Shown here in pieces: positions 42,630-44,965 of a stretch of DNA of 44,965 bases. A program made the translations under genes and the position numbers. A model generated the notes under the pieces. The model had not been told where the DNA came from. It ran no database searches and worked only from the letters and a program-made list of their open reading frames with translations. Source of the DNA: a virus (Duplodnaviria > Caudoviricetes); the IMG/VR virus record IMGVR_UViG_3300032136_000008, positions 1-44,965 of that record. One strand, written 5' to 3'. Every line of letters starts with the position of its first letter. Within the stretch, counting starts at the first letter, position 1.

Positions 42630-43759
42630 AGAATCTCCTGCGCGAAAATGTAGCCACCAGCCGACGCGTTCATCAGGTTTGTCGAGGAAACAGTCGCTCC
42701 TGCTGGGATGTTTACAGAAAATCGTGGATAAATATAAACGTCGGAACTGCGCGACACAGATCGAACTACGCCAACTAAGAACTGAAGTCGCCCATTCTGC
42801 GCCCAGTTGACCTTGCCCGATGCAATGGCAGCCGCTGAGGAATTCCGAATTGCCCAGTCTCCAGGAAAGGCCACATCATCCGTGCTGGGGCTAAAGTCGT
42901 AATCGGTGAGTGAAGAAATTTCCAACGAGAGTTTGCAATCTCGCCGGAGGTTAATCCTTTTGTTTGTGGTGTCTGCGATGCCTCCGACATCATAATTGGT
43001 ATCTTTTGCGTTGAGATTTAAGGCAGGGGTTGTTGTTGGATCGAGTGCGACATTATCCCCAAGTGCCGTATTGTTTGCGTCATAAATCAGTCCAGAGGAC
43101 GCAATACGCCCATCTCCGCTATGTGACAATCCCCAAGTCAGGACTCCAGCAGATTCTGCCAGACACATAAAACGCATCGTCTCATCTGCGATAAACAGCC
43201 GCGTCGCCTCGGTGGCTGTGTACTGTGTGCCAGCCAACCACAACGAATCGCCAGTGTTTGCCTCAATCACCAATTCGCGGCCGATAGTAGCCGGGGCGTG
43301 GGTTGTCACCTTCACGGCGCACTCATCCCCGACCGCAGCCGTAGCCGGTAGCGTGTACGCGAGATCCGCAGTCGTGATGCCGCTGATATCGCATAGGGAC
43401 AATTCGCCAAGCGTGCCAGTGATCCCCGTTCCGGTAATAGTGTAAGGCACTGCGACCAGTTCGCCGCCCGTCGGGCCGATGCAGATCACATCGAGCGTCG
43501 AGGGCGAGGTCGGCAAGGTACCAACTTCGGCCGCGAAAACGCAGCCCGTAATCGTGCCACTGGCTGCGGAGTTGTACTGCCCAGTGAACGTGCTGGTGTT
43601 GGTGTTGTCGCTGGCCGTGAATCGGTACGTCACGCCGTCAGTCAACGCCGTCATGTCCTGATGATCCGGTATCCCCGTGCCGGTCAACGCCGTACCGGTC
43701 AGCGTGATCGTGGTGCCGCTCAAGGTGCAGCCTGATTCGCCAATGATTGCCAGACTCAT
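42626..43759 (-). CDS. Tail fibre/receptor-binding protein
   Basis: Thr/Gly-rich; YTLPATAAVGD fibre motif and a beta-rich C-terminal domain. Confidence 0.65.
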   Translation of the reverse strand: MSLAIIGESGCTLSGTTITLTGTALTGTGIPDHQDMTALTDGVTYRFTASDNTNTSTFTGQYNSAASGTITGCVFAAEVGTLPTSPSTLDVICIGPTGGELVAVPYTITGTGITGTLGELSLCDISGITTADLAYTLPATAAVGDECAVKVTTHAPATIGRELVIEANTGDSLWLAGTQYTATEATRLFIADETMRFMCLAESAGVLTWGLSHSGDGRIASSGLIYDANNTALGDNVALDPTTTPALNLNAKDTNYDVGGIADTTNKRINLRRDCKLSLEISSLTDYDFSPSTDDVAFPGDWAIRNSSAAAIASGKVNWAQNGRLQFLVGVVRSVSRSSDVYIYPRFSVNIPAGATVSSTNLMNASAGGYIFAQEIL

Positions 43760-43995
43760 AGTTCTATGTCCTCGATGGCCTGCTCGCTCATTACTGCGAG
43801 CAGTTCGTCACGTTCTTTGCGGATCTGGCATTCACTGCCCTTGCACAACTTCCGTGACCGCAGCAGATCCAATTCAGCCCGCGCTACGTTCATCTCGCGC
43901 CGCATCTCGTCACGCTCCCGCAGCAGATCCCGGCAGGCATCTTCGAGCTTGTCGCCGGTTGCGCAGACGCAGGTTCTGGGGCGAAGGATGCTCAC
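43756..43995 (-). CDS. Hypothetical Cys-containing coiled-coil protein (79 aa)
   Basis: Start and stop both overlap the neighbouring genes by 4 nt. Confidence 0.55.
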   Translation of the reverse strand: MSILRPRTCVCATGDKLEDACRDLLRERDEMRREMNVARAELDLLRSRKLCKGSECQIRKERDELLAVMSEQAIEDIEL

Positions 43996-44096
43996 GACAG
44001 CGCCACCCGGATTATTTCCAAACTCGCGATTGCGAGGATAACCAGCACGACGACGGCGAGCAGTGCGGCCAAATTTCTTCCGGTATCGTTGGTCAT
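43992..44096 (-). CDS. 34-aa membrane peptide
   Basis: MTNDTGRNLAALLAVVVLVILAIASLEIIRVALS; ATGA-coupled start. Confidence 0.55.
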   Translation of the reverse strand: MTNDTGRNLAALLAVVVLVILAIASLEIIRVALS

Positions 44097-44290
44097 TCCT
44101 GCCGCTCCCAATAACACCCGCAACGGACGCAGGTCACGCGATATGCCGTACCCTGCAACGGATGCCCCTCTGAACATCGCGATGCCGGCTCGGGCCAGCT
44201 GTTACGCGGGTTCGGTTTGTTCCAAGGGTTCGCCTTGCGCCCCTTATCGACCGGGTAGACCGCGACTTCCTGGTGCGACATTTCAGTCAT
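44093..44290 (-). CDS. Small zinc-ribbon protein (65 aa)
   Basis: CSEGH...CVRCG; ATGA-coupled start at 44290. Confidence 0.55.
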   Translation of the reverse strand: MTEMSHQEVAVYPVDKGRKANPWNKPNPRNSWPEPASRCSEGHPLQGTAYRVTCVRCGCYWERQE

Positions 44291-44796
44291 TGATAGTCCG
44301 CCTGCATCTGTCGGCAATTTTTCTGCAGGGCGCTTATCTGTTCCTGCATCACGGCCACATCACGCTCGCACTTGCGGATTCGCGCATAACCGCCACCTTG
44401 CCCATCAGATCGTTGCCGATGTTCTTTGTCGCGCTCCTGATCTTGCTCGAGAGTCCGCACAGCAGCCCGGAGTGCCGCAATCTCTCTTTGGTCATGCTCG
44501 TGGCGCAGTTCAAGTGCGGCGATTCGATCCCTACTTTCGCGCCCTTGCGTCTCAAGTGCAGCAATTCGCTCGCGATTCTCTCTGCCTTGTTTGCCGTACC
44601 AGCGATCAGGCGCAGCAACCTGCTCTATCGCCTCAGGCGGAATTAGGATTTGTGGCGCAGTTTGCACGGTCACAGTCCCGAGGCCAGCCGCTGCAAGTAA
44701 ACCTGCCAGAATCCGGGCAAACGGACTGCCCAGTAGACGAGCAAGAGAACCAATCCAGCCCCCGCCGCCCCTGAAAATAGAATCTCGATCATCCAT
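44287..44796 (-). CDS. Membrane-anchored coiled-coil protein (possible lysis accessory)
   Basis: Hydrophobic ILAGLLAAAGLGTVTV, then tandem QGRE(N/S)R(E/D)RIAALE repeats. Confidence 0.6.
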   Translation of the reverse strand: MDDRDSIFRGGGGWIGSLARLLGSPFARILAGLLAAAGLGTVTVQTAPQILIPPEAIEQVAAPDRWYGKQGRENRERIAALETQGRESRDRIAALELRHEHDQREIAALRAAVRTLEQDQERDKEHRQRSDGQGGGYARIRKCERDVAVMQEQISALQKNCRQMQADYQ

Positions 44797-44837
44797 CCAC
44801 CTACATTCCTGAGCCGTTGTTTTTGTTGGTTAGTCAT
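44670..44837 (-). CDS. Possible 55-aa membrane protein overlapping 44287..44796 in another frame
   Basis: ATGA-coupled start; MTNQQKQRLRNVGGWMIEILFSGAAGAGLVLLLVYWAVRLPGFWQVYLQRLASGL. Confidence 0.4.
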   Translation of the reverse strand: MTNQQKQRLRNVGGWMIEILFSGAAGAGLVLLLVYWAVRLPGFWQVYLQRLASGL

Positions 44838-44965
44838 TCGATCACCCACGACTCAAACCCGGCCATGATGTGCAGGGTGGGGATTGCTACGGGGCGAGAG
44901 GTATTGCCTTCTTCGTCCACTTCGTCAGCAATCCAGTCGATGAAACTTCCCGGCACAGGCGTGTA
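44834..44965 (-). CDS. 3' part of the junction-spanning 150-aa protein (begins at 328)
   Basis: YTPVPGSFIDWIADEVDEEGNTSRPVAIPTLHIMAGFESWVIE*, in frame with 328..1 through the shared GCGTGTA. Confidence 0.75.
   Translation of the reverse strand, partial: YTPVPGSFIDWIADEVDEEGNTSRPVAIPTLHIMAGFESWVIE

Noticed and set aside
38316-43759. Diversity-generating retroelement or invertible tail-fibre cassette
   Set aside because: No reverse transcriptase or invertase gene, and I saw no TR/VR repeat pair.

Overview
The window is an apparently complete, circularly assembled ~44.96 kb dsDNA tailed-phage genome with podovirus-type gene content. Bases 1-7 repeat bases 44959-44965, and one ORF reads through that junction. 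A + strand arm (~10.8-27.7 kb) carries small early genes, a Cas4/RecB-like exonuclease, an AAA ATPase, an SSB, a ParB-methyltransferase, a split UDG-fused family A DNA polymerase and a DUF3987-type helicase. A - strand arm (10.4 kb -> 1 -> 44965 -> 27.7 kb) carries terminase, portal, scaffold, capsid, a glycosyltransferase, GTA-like head spike proteins, tail/fibre genes and ejection proteins. I could not recognise an integrase, RNA polymerase, primase, endolysin, tRNA or CRISPR array. Top findings: (1) a type II hammerhead ribozyme (21487-21617) with a U3-A8 core variant, a pseudoknot and a long stem III insertion. It lies between an unannotated 26-aa membrane peptide, whose RBS is complementary to that insertion, and the ssb gene. 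(2) Five sigma70 promoters share CTTGACAnCTGG. (3) A ~330-bp imperfect inverted repeat with iteron-like repeats is a candidate origin. (4) PolA is split by a small inserted gene and has unusual active-site residues. All family assignments come from motifs recognised by eye, not from database searches.
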